Assembly (NCBI GenBank): GCA_963752035.1
Contig: CAVVWZ010000098.1
Coordinates: 8,461 to 72,460, forward strand
Direction: 5' to 3'
Source: an uncultured delta proteobacterium
Lineage (GTDB): Bacteria; Desulfobacterota; WTBG01
DNA length: 64,000 nt
A program made the translations under genes and the position numbers. The notes under the pieces were generated by a model that saw only the letters and a program-made list of their open reading frames with translations, was not told the origin of the DNA and did not search any database. This document shows, one piece after another, positions 40,323 to 48,797 of the stretch (positions within the stretch are counted from its first letter, which is position 1; each line of letters begins with the position of its first letter).

Positions 40323-41283
40323 TCAATCCATTACTGTATCCGTTATTACAAACCACCAAAGGGAACGGGAATAAAGGTTACGATAAATATAAAAAGCATT
40401 ATACCACCTATCACCTTTCTCTTCACTATCGAGGGGACTATCAAAGTCCACAGGTGGGGGATGCTTTGTCCCTAAAAAAACCAGAAGGATCAGTGCCCAA
40501 AATAACCAGATGCGATGAACCCCAGACACCTAAGCCCAGCATGGCAATCAAAACAGCACTGGAAATAATTTTTGTTTTTCTGCCAAACACTGCATAGGCA
40601 ATGTGCCCTCCATCCAACTGCCCAACAGGAATAAGATTCAAAGATGTTACCAGCAGTCCAATCCAACCAGCAAAACCGAGAGGATGGACAATAACCTGGT
40701 AATTTTCGGGAAGATTACCAAAAATCATCCAGGTCAAAAATTCCAGCAAAAGAGAGGTTCCCAGGGTAAATCCTTCTTCGAGAGAGGCTTCAACCACGTG
40801 CACCTCAGAAAGTTTTAGACCTATAATTAAAATAGGGATTGTAACAATCAATCCTGCCAGTGGTCCGGCAGCACCGACATCAAACAGCGCCTTTTTATTT
40901 GTCACCGGTGTACGCATCTTAATAATTGCACCAAAAGTGCCTATGAATGTTGGCGCAGGAATGAAATAGGGCAAGGTTGCCTCGATATGGTACCGTTTAG
41001 ATACGAAGTAGTGACCCATCTCATGGGACAAGAGGATAAAGATAAGGGCAAAAGAAAAAGGAACACCTGTTACTATCTGTTCAGGGTGTTCCAGGGGATT
41101 AACCCCCAGTTGCAGTGCACCTGCTAGAATTGTTGTCCCGATGGTCAGGATGAAAAGAACTATGTTCACCGCGATTGAAGGCTTTTTACGGGAGGATATG
41201 GCACACCTGTCATGTTCACTGCAAGGGGATAGTTCAGAAGAACAGGGAACAGCCACCTTCTCGCAGAAATTGTCTCTATCCAT
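40323..41283 (-). pseudogene. M50-family (site-2 protease type) membrane metalloprotease with one +1 frame shift
   Basis: HEMGHYFVSK zinc motif and multiple TM helices. The family-typical C-terminus (IWLFWALILLVFLGTKHPPPVDFDSPLD...) lies in ORF 40323..40529, reached by skipping one base near 40512. Confidence 0.7.
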
Positions 41284-41617
41284 CAGATTTATAAATCGTA
41301 TGCTTTCGAGAGAGTACCCAGATGTATTCTATACTGAATAGAAAAGGCATGTTATACTTTCAATAAAAAGAAAAATACATCGGGGAAGTGTTCCGGGCAA
41401 CATTTTCCATAACGATAGCATAGAAAGCTTATCGGCCACGAGTTGCAAAGAATTACCCCTATTTTATCTTTATACCTAAACAATCATTAAAAAAACTCAA
41501 ATAAACCTAAATGTACCATTAGTGCTTCTACGGGTTTTCACTCAAAGGACACAGGCATACATAGCAAAAATGCGATGCATAAGCAACTCTTCCTTCTGTC
41601 TTAAACAAACCAGCCAC

Positions 41618-41647
41618 AAAAAAGGGAATGATCGCTCAACCATTCCC
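41618..41647 (-). terminator. Rho-independent terminator
   Basis: Minus strand reads gggaatg-gttgagcgat-cattccc followed by tttttt, 38 nt downstream of the small ORF stop. Confidence 0.6.
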
Positions 41648-41684
41648 CAATTATTATTTTAGTTAAGAAAAAACAGACGTTTAG

Positions 41685-41876
41685 TTACCATGAAACATAT
41701 AAAGATAAAAAAAGAAATCCTACTGGTACGCCACAACCAATTATAGAAAAAATGAAAGCACCACATAAAAAAGATGGTAAATCTGTCCGTAGGAGAAGTG
41801 GATAGGTAAGATTGTTAGCAAAGCAGATGGAAAGAGGTGCGGCTATAAAACCCAATACTACACATAGTGCTACCAT
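41685..41876 (-). CDS. Small two-TM membrane protein, hypothetical
   Basis: 63 aa from ATG 41876, preceded by gaggtg and 6 nt: MVALCVVLGFIAAPLSICF...FIFSIIGCGVPVGFLFLSLYVSW. Followed by the terminator above. Confidence 0.45.
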   Translation of the reverse strand: MVALCVVLGFIAAPLSICFANNLTYPLLLRTDLPSFLCGAFIFSIIGCGVPVGFLFLSLYVSW

Positions 41877-42089
41877 TTTGAACACCTCACACAACCAAAC
41901 AATAATCAATCAACACAAGTAATTTGCCAGGTAAATAGTAACGTATGACAGTTAGTGATGGTTTAAAAAGGAGGATCAGCCTGAAGAGTTAAAAAGAAAT
42001 GCCTCTGGAAAAAAGAGGAGACTAAAACATGAGGAAGCTCTTTATGAAGACTACTATAAAAGATAGGGGAATAGAAAAATTGTGAAGCT

Positions 42090-42108
42090 CCCCGCCCACA
42101 GGGCGGGG
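42090..42108 (-). terminator. GC-rich hairpin downstream of the IHF/HU-family gene
   Basis: ccccgccc-aca-gggcgggg: 8-bp stem. The T tract begins only about 10 nt later on the minus strand. Confidence 0.35.
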
Positions 42109-42178
42109 CTTGGGAGGCATAACCTGGTCAAAACGATAGAGGCAGGAACATTTTTGTCAAATGTGTAGGCCTGACCTC

Positions 42179-42460
42179 CTATTCAACATTTACCCTGTTT
42201 TTTAATTCTTTTCCCACTTTAAAGAAAGGTTTTTTGCGGGGTGGAACCGTCACTCGTTCACCGGTTTTGGGGTTTCTCCCCTCACGGGCTTCGTAGTGAC
42301 GAACACTAAAACTGCCAAATCCTCTAATTTCTATACTCTCCCCTTTACCTAATGCCTCAGTCATGGAATCAAAAATATTATTGACCACTAACTGAGCTAT
42401 ATCATGATTCATCTTGAGGTCTTTGGCAATCTTTTCTACGAGGTCAGACTTTAACATCAC
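42179..42460 (-). CDS. IHF/HU-family DNA-binding protein, IHF beta-like
   Basis: IEIRGFGSFSVRHYEAREGRNPKTGERVTVPPRKKPFFKVGKELKNRVN closely follows the IHF-beta arm pattern. Confidence 0.85.
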   Translation of the reverse strand: MMLKSDLVEKIAKDLKMNHDIAQLVVNNIFDSMTEALGKGESIEIRGFGSFSVRHYEAREGRNPKTGERVTVPPRKKPFFKVGKELKNRVNVE

Positions 42461-42508
42461 TATCTCCTTTCACTGGGTTAGAATGCAGAAATGTCAGAAT
42501 AAACACTT

Positions 42509-43168
42509 CTAATCAAAACCTATCCACCGTGTCATTGCGGTTAACGCTTCTTTTGGCGCTCTCAAGTTATTAACCGGCAAAGTACTGTCAGGATACCCGA
42601 GGGCAATACCAACCACTAGATGCACATTATCATCAATTTCAAGGCGCTCTCTGATGAGCTGCTCAAACATTAGAATCAACGCAATGATGCAGGTTCCCAA
42701 TCCTTTTTGCTGTGCAGCAAGCACAAGATTCTCAACGGCACAGCCTATGTCCACCAACTTTGATTTAGGATGTGCCCTATCCATAGTCACCAGTATGAGC
42801 ACCGGTGCTCCATAAAACAGGCAACTCCCCTCCTCTAAAAAAGGAACCGCCTGTTTGTCCATCTCATTGAGATGGAGGCGAATAGCTTTCAAAAGTTTTT
42901 TTGTCCTCTCCAAATAGATGGAAGGAATGGTTTTCCCCCGGGAAGGATCATAATGTTTATCCCGTTTCTTGCAGGCTTCAAGTAAATCATTACATAACCG
43001 TTCCCTGGTTTCTCCCGCTACAACAATAAAATTCCAGGGTTGCTGATTGGAGGCAGAAGGAGCTTTCCGTGCCGCATCCAGGAGATCTTCGATCATCTCC
43101 CGGGAAATTGGTTTCTCCGTAAATCCTCGTACACTTATTCGTTCATCTATAGCCGTTATCACATCCAT
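42509..43168 (-). CDS. Nitroreductase-family oxidoreductase
   Basis: RISVRGFTEKPISREMIEDLLDAARKAPSASNQQPWNFIVV and overall length. Confidence 0.8.
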   Translation of the reverse strand: MDVITAIDERISVRGFTEKPISREMIEDLLDAARKAPSASNQQPWNFIVVAGETRERLCNDLLEACKKRDKHYDPSRGKTIPSIYLERTKKLLKAIRLHLNEMDKQAVPFLEEGSCLFYGAPVLILVTMDRAHPKSKLVDIGCAVENLVLAAQQKGLGTCIIALILMFEQLIRERLEIDDNVHLVVGIALGYPDSTLPVNNLRAPKEALTAMTRWIGFD

Positions 43169-43320
43169 AGGTTACTCTCTCAGAAATAAATTTCATTTGC
43201 CCGGCTTTTCATCAGTGCCATGCAAAAATGTATCATGAACTCAATGAGTTATACTAGATACCCTACTGTAGTGCAAACAGTTATTTTGTCAACAAAAATT
43301 TTATACAAATTTTATCAGCA

Positions 43321-44643
43321 CTAATCAATATAACCGAGGGCTCGCAGTCGTTCCTTGATTTCCTCATCACCATCCGGTAAGCTCGGCTCCCTCTGCCTGA
43401 CAGGAACACCATAACCCGGGATAGTGCGTATCTGATGGGTGCTCAAAAACGGTTCCTCTATACACTCTTTGAGCAGGGTTCCATCCATCTCTGTTGACAG
43501 AGGCATACCTGCCAGATAGAGAAGAGTCGGTGCAATATCATAGAGTGTTGCATCAGCAACAGTTAAACCTTTCTTTATCTGTGGACCTGAGAGCATAAAC
43601 AGCCCGGGGGGCCTGGTTTTTCTATGACCGAACCGTCCGTCGGGTTCTTTCTCGAACCCGTGGTCTGAAACAAGCATAATCGTACTATCAGGTGATACGG
43701 TTTCAATCAATTCCCCGAGGACCGAATCAACGTAACCATAGTATTCATGAACCGTCCCGCCATAACGCTTAACCTCTTCCTCCGTTATAGAGGAATCTCT
43801 CTTCCAGTCAGCATACTGTAAGGCACAGTGGGAAATAATGTCAATTCCCCGGAAATAGAGGGCTAAAAAATCAGGCTGTGCAAATCTGGTAAGACAAAAA
43901 AGTGCCAGTTGCCTCACCGATTCATCCTGAGAGTAGAGATATTTGAACTCACTCATGAGCTGGTGACGTCTGTAATGATAGTTTTTCATCTGATTGATGT
44001 CTTCTCTACTCAGTTTCATAAACCGTTCATAGACATGGTCAGGCAAATCAAAGGGGTTCACAACTCTGTCTCTAAGCTCATCTAACAGGTGGTGCGGATA
44101 GACAAGATGTGTTTCAGGCAGGGAAGTACTGCTGCTCCGTTCGTGCAGGCGCCAATTGTGTATCCTGTCTGAAACAATATACCCGGGAACTTGAGAGGCA
44201 GGCCAGCTAAACCACCAATTTATAACACCTACGTTTCGATTCTCCTGGGAAAACAGTTCCCAGAGCATCTTCTGTTTAACCATCCCCAGGGAAAAAGGAA
44301 CATCCTGAATATACCCCTTCTTTTTTAGCCAGCGGAAAAATGGCCGGACGCCATAGTTACACATCCGCTTAACTGCAGTCTTGGTAATAACCCGTTTACC
44401 CAGAGTATAATATATGAAACTGTCTATGCCATGTTTCTGAGGATTCATTCCAGTCATGACACTCGTCCAGATAACCCCGGAGTTAGATGGGTTGAACGGT
44501 TTTAGCAGACCCGAGCAACCACCTTCCATCAATCTCTTCATAGTGGGAAGATGGCCCGATGCAACCCACTTCTGAAGGAGCGGAAACGAGAGCCCATCTA
44601 TGGCAAGCAAAACTAGTTTTGAGGTGTTATTAACCCTGTTCAT
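43321..44643 (-). CDS. Alkaline-phosphatase-superfamily type I phosphodiesterase / nucleotide pyrophosphatase
   Basis: LVLLAIDGLSFPLL metal-site start and VSDHGF motif. I place the start at ATG 44643 (MNRVNN...). The 59 upstream codons of the track ORF are translated repeat DNA. Confidence 0.7.
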   Translation of the reverse strand: MNRVNNTSKLVLLAIDGLSFPLLQKWVASGHLPTMKRLMEGGCSGLLKPFNPSNSGVIWTSVMTGMNPQKHGIDSFIYYTLGKRVITKTAVKRMCNYGVRPFFRWLKKKGYIQDVPFSLGMVKQKMLWELFSQENRNVGVINWWFSWPASQVPGYIVSDRIHNWRLHERSSSTSLPETHLVYPHHLLDELRDRVVNPFDLPDHVYERFMKLSREDINQMKNYHYRRHQLMSEFKYLYSQDESVRQLALFCLTRFAQPDFLALYFRGIDIISHCALQYADWKRDSSITEEEVKRYGGTVHEYYGYVDSVLGELIETVSPDSTIMLVSDHGFEKEPDGRFGHRKTRPPGLFMLSGPQIKKGLTVADATLYDIAPTLLYLAGMPLSTEMDGTLLKECIEEPFLSTHQIRTIPGYGVPVRQREPSLPDGDEEIKERLRALGYID

Positions 44644-44688
44644 TGAACCGTTCAGGTTACCTTTTAGGATTTCGGGTTTCGAAATTTT

Positions 44689-44791
44689 GACGGGATTAAC
44701 AGGATCAACAGGATAACTAAAAACAATAATTTGACAGGGTATGAGGATTTCCGGATATTTTTTCCATCCTGTTGATCCTGTTAATCCCGTC
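44689..44791. repeat. Perfect 26-bp inverted repeat with a 51-nt spacer
   Basis: gacgggattaacaggatcaacaggat (44689-44714) is the exact reverse complement of atcctgttgatcctgttaatcccgtc (44766-44791). Confidence 0.9.
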
Positions 44792-44931
44792 TGCTGTTTT
44801 AGGTTTTCAGTTTTTACCATTACCTGTCCTGCATAGTGTTTTTACTATTGAATGTTTTCTGGCAGATCAAAAAAAATAAAGCACTTTATAAAACGTAAGG
44901 ATACCTATACAAGATTACCGGATAATTAGGA

Positions 44932-44961
44932 AGAAAAAAAGACCGGTATCTGACCGGTCTT
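44932..44961 (-). terminator. Rho-independent terminator of the HD-GYP operon
   Basis: Minus strand reads aagaccggt-cagat-accggtctt followed by a T run of at least 7, about 70 nt downstream of the stop at 45034. Confidence 0.8.
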
Positions 44962-45033
44962 TCCTAAAACATGTAATAGCTATTCAACGGGTATGGAGAC
45001 CCTGTATGCAAAAAATGGATTATCTACATCTCT

Positions 45034-46236
45034 TTATGGATTCTCTGGCGGAGGGATTATCTCCTGCAGCCTGCCTGTTGACCAGGTTTTCTTAAAGGCA
45101 TCAATTATGTACGGATCATAGAGTACGTTTACCTTCTCAATTATATTTTGAACTGCAGATTCCGGTTCCCATGCCTTCTGATAGGGTCTGTCGGTAGTCA
45201 TCGCATCAAAAACATCCGCAACTGCTAACAGTCTCCCCTCAAGGGAAATATCCTCACCAACCAGCCCCTGTGGATACCCCTGTCCGTTAAAGCGCTCGTG
45301 ATGCTCGAGGATATAGGGAACTACCGGTGCTAAAAAAGAAATGCCTTCTACTATCTGAGCACCAATCGAGGGGTGCAGTTTCATCTTTTCATACTCATCA
45401 GTCTCAAGTTTTCCTTTCTTATTGAGAATACCATCGTGAATCCCTATCTTCCCGACATCGTGCAACATACCACCCCAGTCAATGAATTCCAGTTTTTCAC
45501 TTTCCCAGTTGAGCTCTTCAGCTATTGATCGGGCAATCTGTCCCACCCGGCGTGAATGACCCTTGGTATAGGGATCACGTGCTTCTATGGAATTTGCTAC
45601 TCCACGAATAGTGTCAAAATAACTGTTCTTGAGATCATTGAAGAGCGATGCATTCTGCAGGGCAAGTGAGAAATAGCCGGCAAGAATATAGAGGAGTTGC
45701 AGGGTTTGCTGCCTGATAAAATCATGGTCTTCCTCAAAGACTGTGACAACCACACCTATAGTTCTCTCTTTGTGAGAAAGGGGTGCCATCAAGATACTGA
45801 GCGACTGATTGCGTGCCCCTCTGAAGACTTCGGTTGGCACACATGCGGGCATACCACCGTTGATGACCCACCCAAAGGTGCCTGTTTGTATCTGTGCATC
45901 AACTTCTTTTTGGACGATGGATGAGAGGTCTTTGGGTATCGATGCTTTATGGACAAATTCGAACTGTTGTTCGTTAACCAGGAAGACAGAACAAACCTTC
46001 GTTGCAACCAATTCCTGAAACTTGGCAAGTCCTTTTTCCAGTATATAGTGAACATCATAGGATAGGACCATTTCAGAATGGAAGTGGCTTAACCGCTCGA
46101 GCTTATTCTGAATGCTCACAAGGGCACTATTTGATTCTTCCAAAAACCGGAGTTTTTCCACCGGGGATCCGAAGTCATCCGTTGATAGCTTCTTCTGCTT
46201 CTCGTTTTGAAAGTTGATCAAATCTGTCATACCCAC
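45034..46236 (-). CDS. GAF-domain HD-GYP phosphodiesterase (c-di-GMP hydrolase type)
   Basis: HSRRVGQIA, GMLHDVGKIGI, HHERFNGQGYPQG. Confidence 0.85.
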   Translation of the reverse strand: MGMTDLINFQNEKQKKLSTDDFGSPVEKLRFLEESNSALVSIQNKLERLSHFHSEMVLSYDVHYILEKGLAKFQELVATKVCSVFLVNEQQFEFVHKASIPKDLSSIVQKEVDAQIQTGTFGWVINGGMPACVPTEVFRGARNQSLSILMAPLSHKERTIGVVVTVFEEDHDFIRQQTLQLLYILAGYFSLALQNASLFNDLKNSYFDTIRGVANSIEARDPYTKGHSRRVGQIARSIAEELNWESEKLEFIDWGGMLHDVGKIGIHDGILNKKGKLETDEYEKMKLHPSIGAQIVEGISFLAPVVPYILEHHERFNGQGYPQGLVGEDISLEGRLLAVADVFDAMTTDRPYQKAWEPESAVQNIIEKVNVLYDPYIIDAFKKTWSTGRLQEIIPPPENP

Positions 46237-46237
46237 C

Positions 46238-47113
46238 TCATGATTCTAAAATGGAAGTGCTCTCTTTGAAGAGCTTTTCTATTTTTGCTATAATATAGTC
46301 AAGGTTACCAACATCGATACCTAGCATTTCCCAGGCCTTCGTACTGGCAAGGGGAACTTTCATCTCTCCCCCGAATCCCAGGCCGAGTGCAACGCAGATA
46401 GTATTTGCAACATGAACTGCAGCAACCTCTTTGGTCAACCTTACAGAAGTATCGGTCAAGTGATGATGGGCTATCATTTCAATGGTCCCCTGTGATAAGC
46501 TCCAGCGGGCAGCTAATTCCTTTCCGGTGTAGGTGTGGTCATAGCCAAAAATCTTCTTCTCTGATTCAAACATCGGCACTTCCCTTTCCTGCACATCAGA
46601 AATCACTGCGTTGAATGCCTCGTCTAAATAAATGGCATGAATTAATTTCCCGATATCATGAAGCAATCCTCCCGAGAAAATGTCGTCAGGGCTGGGCAAG
46701 TGAGCAGCCTCAGCCAGTACTTTCGCGGCCACTGCGCACCCTACGGAGTGTTCCCAAAACTTTTGCATATCAAATGATTGGGCCGATTTATACTCCTTAA
46801 ACATCTGCAGTGTCGAGGTGGCAAGCACTAAATTCCTCACCTGACTCATACCTAAAAGAACAATGGCGTGTTTTAAGCTCCCAATCTTATGGGGCAGGGC
46901 ATAAAATGCAGAATTGACAAGCCTTAAAACCTTAACCGCGATGGCCTGGTCTTCGGCTATAATATTGCCAATCGTTTGAACAGTTGTATTCGGTGCCTGC
47001 AGGAGACGGGTAAGCTTGGTGTAAATAATCGGCAAGGTCGGTAACTTGTCAACCCTGCGAATTATTCTGTCAATTTGATCCGGTTTCATCATTCGACCCA
47101 GGGTTGTGTTCAA
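46238..47113 (-). CDS. HDOD-domain signalling protein
   Basis: LPTLPIIYTKLTRLLQAPNTTVQTIGNIIAEDQAIAVKVLRLVNSAFY...GGLLHDIGKL. Start possibly at the MMKPDQ... methionines. Confidence 0.85.
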   Translation of the reverse strand: MNTTLGRMMKPDQIDRIIRRVDKLPTLPIIYTKLTRLLQAPNTTVQTIGNIIAEDQAIAVKVLRLVNSAFYALPHKIGSLKHAIVLLGMSQVRNLVLATSTLQMFKEYKSAQSFDMQKFWEHSVGCAVAAKVLAEAAHLPSPDDIFSGGLLHDIGKLIHAIYLDEAFNAVISDVQEREVPMFESEKKIFGYDHTYTGKELAARWSLSQGTIEMIAHHHLTDTSVRLTKEVAAVHVANTICVALGLGFGGEMKVPLASTKAWEMLGIDVGNLDYIIAKIEKLFKESTSILES

Positions 47114-47438
47114 CTGCAGATTTCATTTTAGCTTTTTTGATGATTACGAAAAGTTTTTCCATTAAAGGATTATCGTCAAATTCAGGAAACATCCCTTCAA
47201 CCTCTTTATCAATTGACTCTATGATCTCCGGGGAAAGAGCATCATTTGCTATCCCTTCTGCCTGATGTCTATCAGAACTTTCGATATCCACTTCGGTTAT
47301 CCCCCAGGATTTTAGCAACACCATATTCTTTTCTGTCAGTGTATCCCCTTTTTTCAAGAGAACATTTCCATGTTTGTTACTGACCGGGTTTAGTACTACC
47401 ATCCCCTCTTTAAGGTCACTTACATTAACTAGGCCCAT
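47070..47438 (-). CDS. Small signalling-associated protein (DUF3391-like N-terminal domain)
   Basis: MGLVNVSDLKEGMVVLNPVSNKHGNVLLKKGDTLTEKNMVLLKSWGITEVDIE resembles the N-terminal module often fused to HD-GYP proteins. Overlaps the HDOD ORF start. Confidence 0.4.
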   Translation of the reverse strand: MGLVNVSDLKEGMVVLNPVSNKHGNVLLKKGDTLTEKNMVLLKSWGITEVDIESSDRHQAEGIANDALSPEIIESIDKEVEGMFPEFDDNPLMEKLFVIIKKAKMKSAVEHNPGSNDETGSN

Positions 47439-47573
47439 CTGTATACCCCAACTCAATTCCAGTTACATCCAGTGTATAGTTCCCATCGGCATTTTCCTGC
47501 AAATAATTAATTAAAAATAGTTTTTTCTGCTAATTTGTAGTAGTTTTAACCACTGAAAGCGTAGAGAACAGAT

Positions 47574-47608
47574 GAACATCGAACGTCTAACATCGAATTT
47601 TGAATGAA
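47574..47608. repeat. Heptanucleotide tandem array, module A, second locus
   Basis: gaacatc/gaacgtc/taacatc/gaatttt/gaatgaa. Confidence 0.85.
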
Positions 47609-47660
47609 AAACAAAGCAGGTATTTAATTGAGAGTTCTACGTTGGAGAAGATTTAAAACA

Positions 47661-47797
47661 CCGCAGAGACGCAAAGAGCGCAAAGAAAACCTAATGAAGA
47701 TAAATTAACCAGCAAAAAATACAGGAATAAGTTTGATGCAAGTATAAAGAATGAGTTTTTTCTATTTTAATTCTCTGCGTACTTTGCGTCTTTGCGG
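47661..47797. repeat. Imperfect 25-nt inverted repeat pair
   Basis: ccgcagagacgcaaagagcgcaaag (47661-47685) versus the reverse complement of ctctgcgtactttgcgtctttgcgg (47773-47797): 21 of 25 positions match. Confidence 0.7.
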
Positions 47798-47882
47798 TTA
47801 GAAATAAGTTTGGATTTGTTGCGGATTGATCCCTGCGGGAAGCTCCTCAGCTGCTTAGTGCTTCGGAGTTGTATTTGATGAT

Positions 47883-47931
47883 TCTGACTCCCGTCTTCTG
47901 ACTTCTTTACTCCCTCGTTTTCTGTTGTTCC
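47883..47931. repeat. Heptanucleotide tandem array, module B, second locus
   Basis: tctgact/cccgtct/tctgact/tctttac/tccctcg/ttttctg/ttgttcc, ending just before the RBS of the IMPase-family gene. Confidence 0.75.
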
Positions 47932-47941
47932 AGGAGGATAA

Positions 47942-48718
47942 ATGACGGCTGAAATCAAAACATTTATGGTCAGTCTCACCCAAAAAGCGGGCAAGATTTT
48001 GCTGGATTCATTTCAGCGTGACCAGGAACTTGTTGCGGCAAGGAGCTCCGCAAAAGAGGCGGCCACCACCTATGATAAAATTGTCGATCAATTTATAACA
48101 GAGCACATTAGGAAAGCTTACCCCACCCACAGCCTTCTAACAGAAGAAAGTGGATATCACGCGGGGGATTCCGATTGCCGTTGGATCATAGATTCCCTGG
48201 ATGGGACGGGGAACTTTGCTAATAGTAACCCACTGTTTGCAGTCTGTCTTGCTTTCATCCATCAGGGCACTTTATCCCTCGGGACAATTTATGCTCCAGC
48301 CATCAATGAATTCTATCTCGCAGAAAAGGGGGCAGGAGCCTACTTAAATCAAACCAGGATCTCTGTTTCAACCATACACATACTTCAGAAAAGCTATCTC
48401 TATTATTGCGAAGGAGGAGATACTGATCGGACAAGAACAGGTGCTCTCCTAAGCTCACTCTACCCTGCGGTAACAGACATTCGCAAACTCGGTTCAGCAG
48501 GTTTAGAAACGGCATGGGTGGCAGCAGGTCGGGGAGAGGCCTACTGCACCACAGGAATTGAACCCTGGGATGTCGCTCCCGGAGCACTGCTTGTTGCAGA
48601 AGCCGGTGGCCAGGTAACAGACTTTACAGGCAAGGGCTGGAAGCCGGAACGGGGAGATTATGTTTTTTCGAATGGAAAAGTCCACTCTGACATTCTAAAG
48701 CTGATCCACGACAGATAA
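47942..48718 (+). CDS. Inositol monophosphatase-family phosphatase
   Basis: LTEESG, WIIDSLDGTGNF, WDVAPGALLVAEAGG motifs. Confidence 0.85.
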   Translation: MTAEIKTFMVSLTQKAGKILLDSFQRDQELVAARSSAKEAATTYDKIVDQFITEHIRKAYPTHSLLTEESGYHAGDSDCRWIIDSLDGTGNFANSNPLFAVCLAFIHQGTLSLGTIYAPAINEFYLAEKGAGAYLNQTRISVSTIHILQKSYLYYCEGGDTDRTRTGALLSSLYPAVTDIRKLGSAGLETAWVAAGRGEAYCTTGIEPWDVAPGALLVAEAGGQVTDFTGKGWKPERGDYVFSNGKVHSDILKLIHDR

Positions 48719-48797
48719 ATTACCCCCCGAGCAACAACTTCTTTTGTTTTACCCGGAAGGGGATAAAAAGGAAGCACCAAAGTGGAGGGGAAGCAGG

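Noticed and set aside
44644-44820. N-terminal 59 codons of track ORF 43321..44820
   Set aside because: They translate the 26-bp inverted repeat (GLTGSTG..., PVDPVNPV). The enzyme homology begins after M60, so I moved the start to 44643.
47767-47994. Minus-strand ORF of 75 aa upstream of the IMPase-family gene
   Set aside because: It is composed largely of repeat modules (heptamer array and inverted-repeat arm) and overlaps the IMPase-family start on the other strand.
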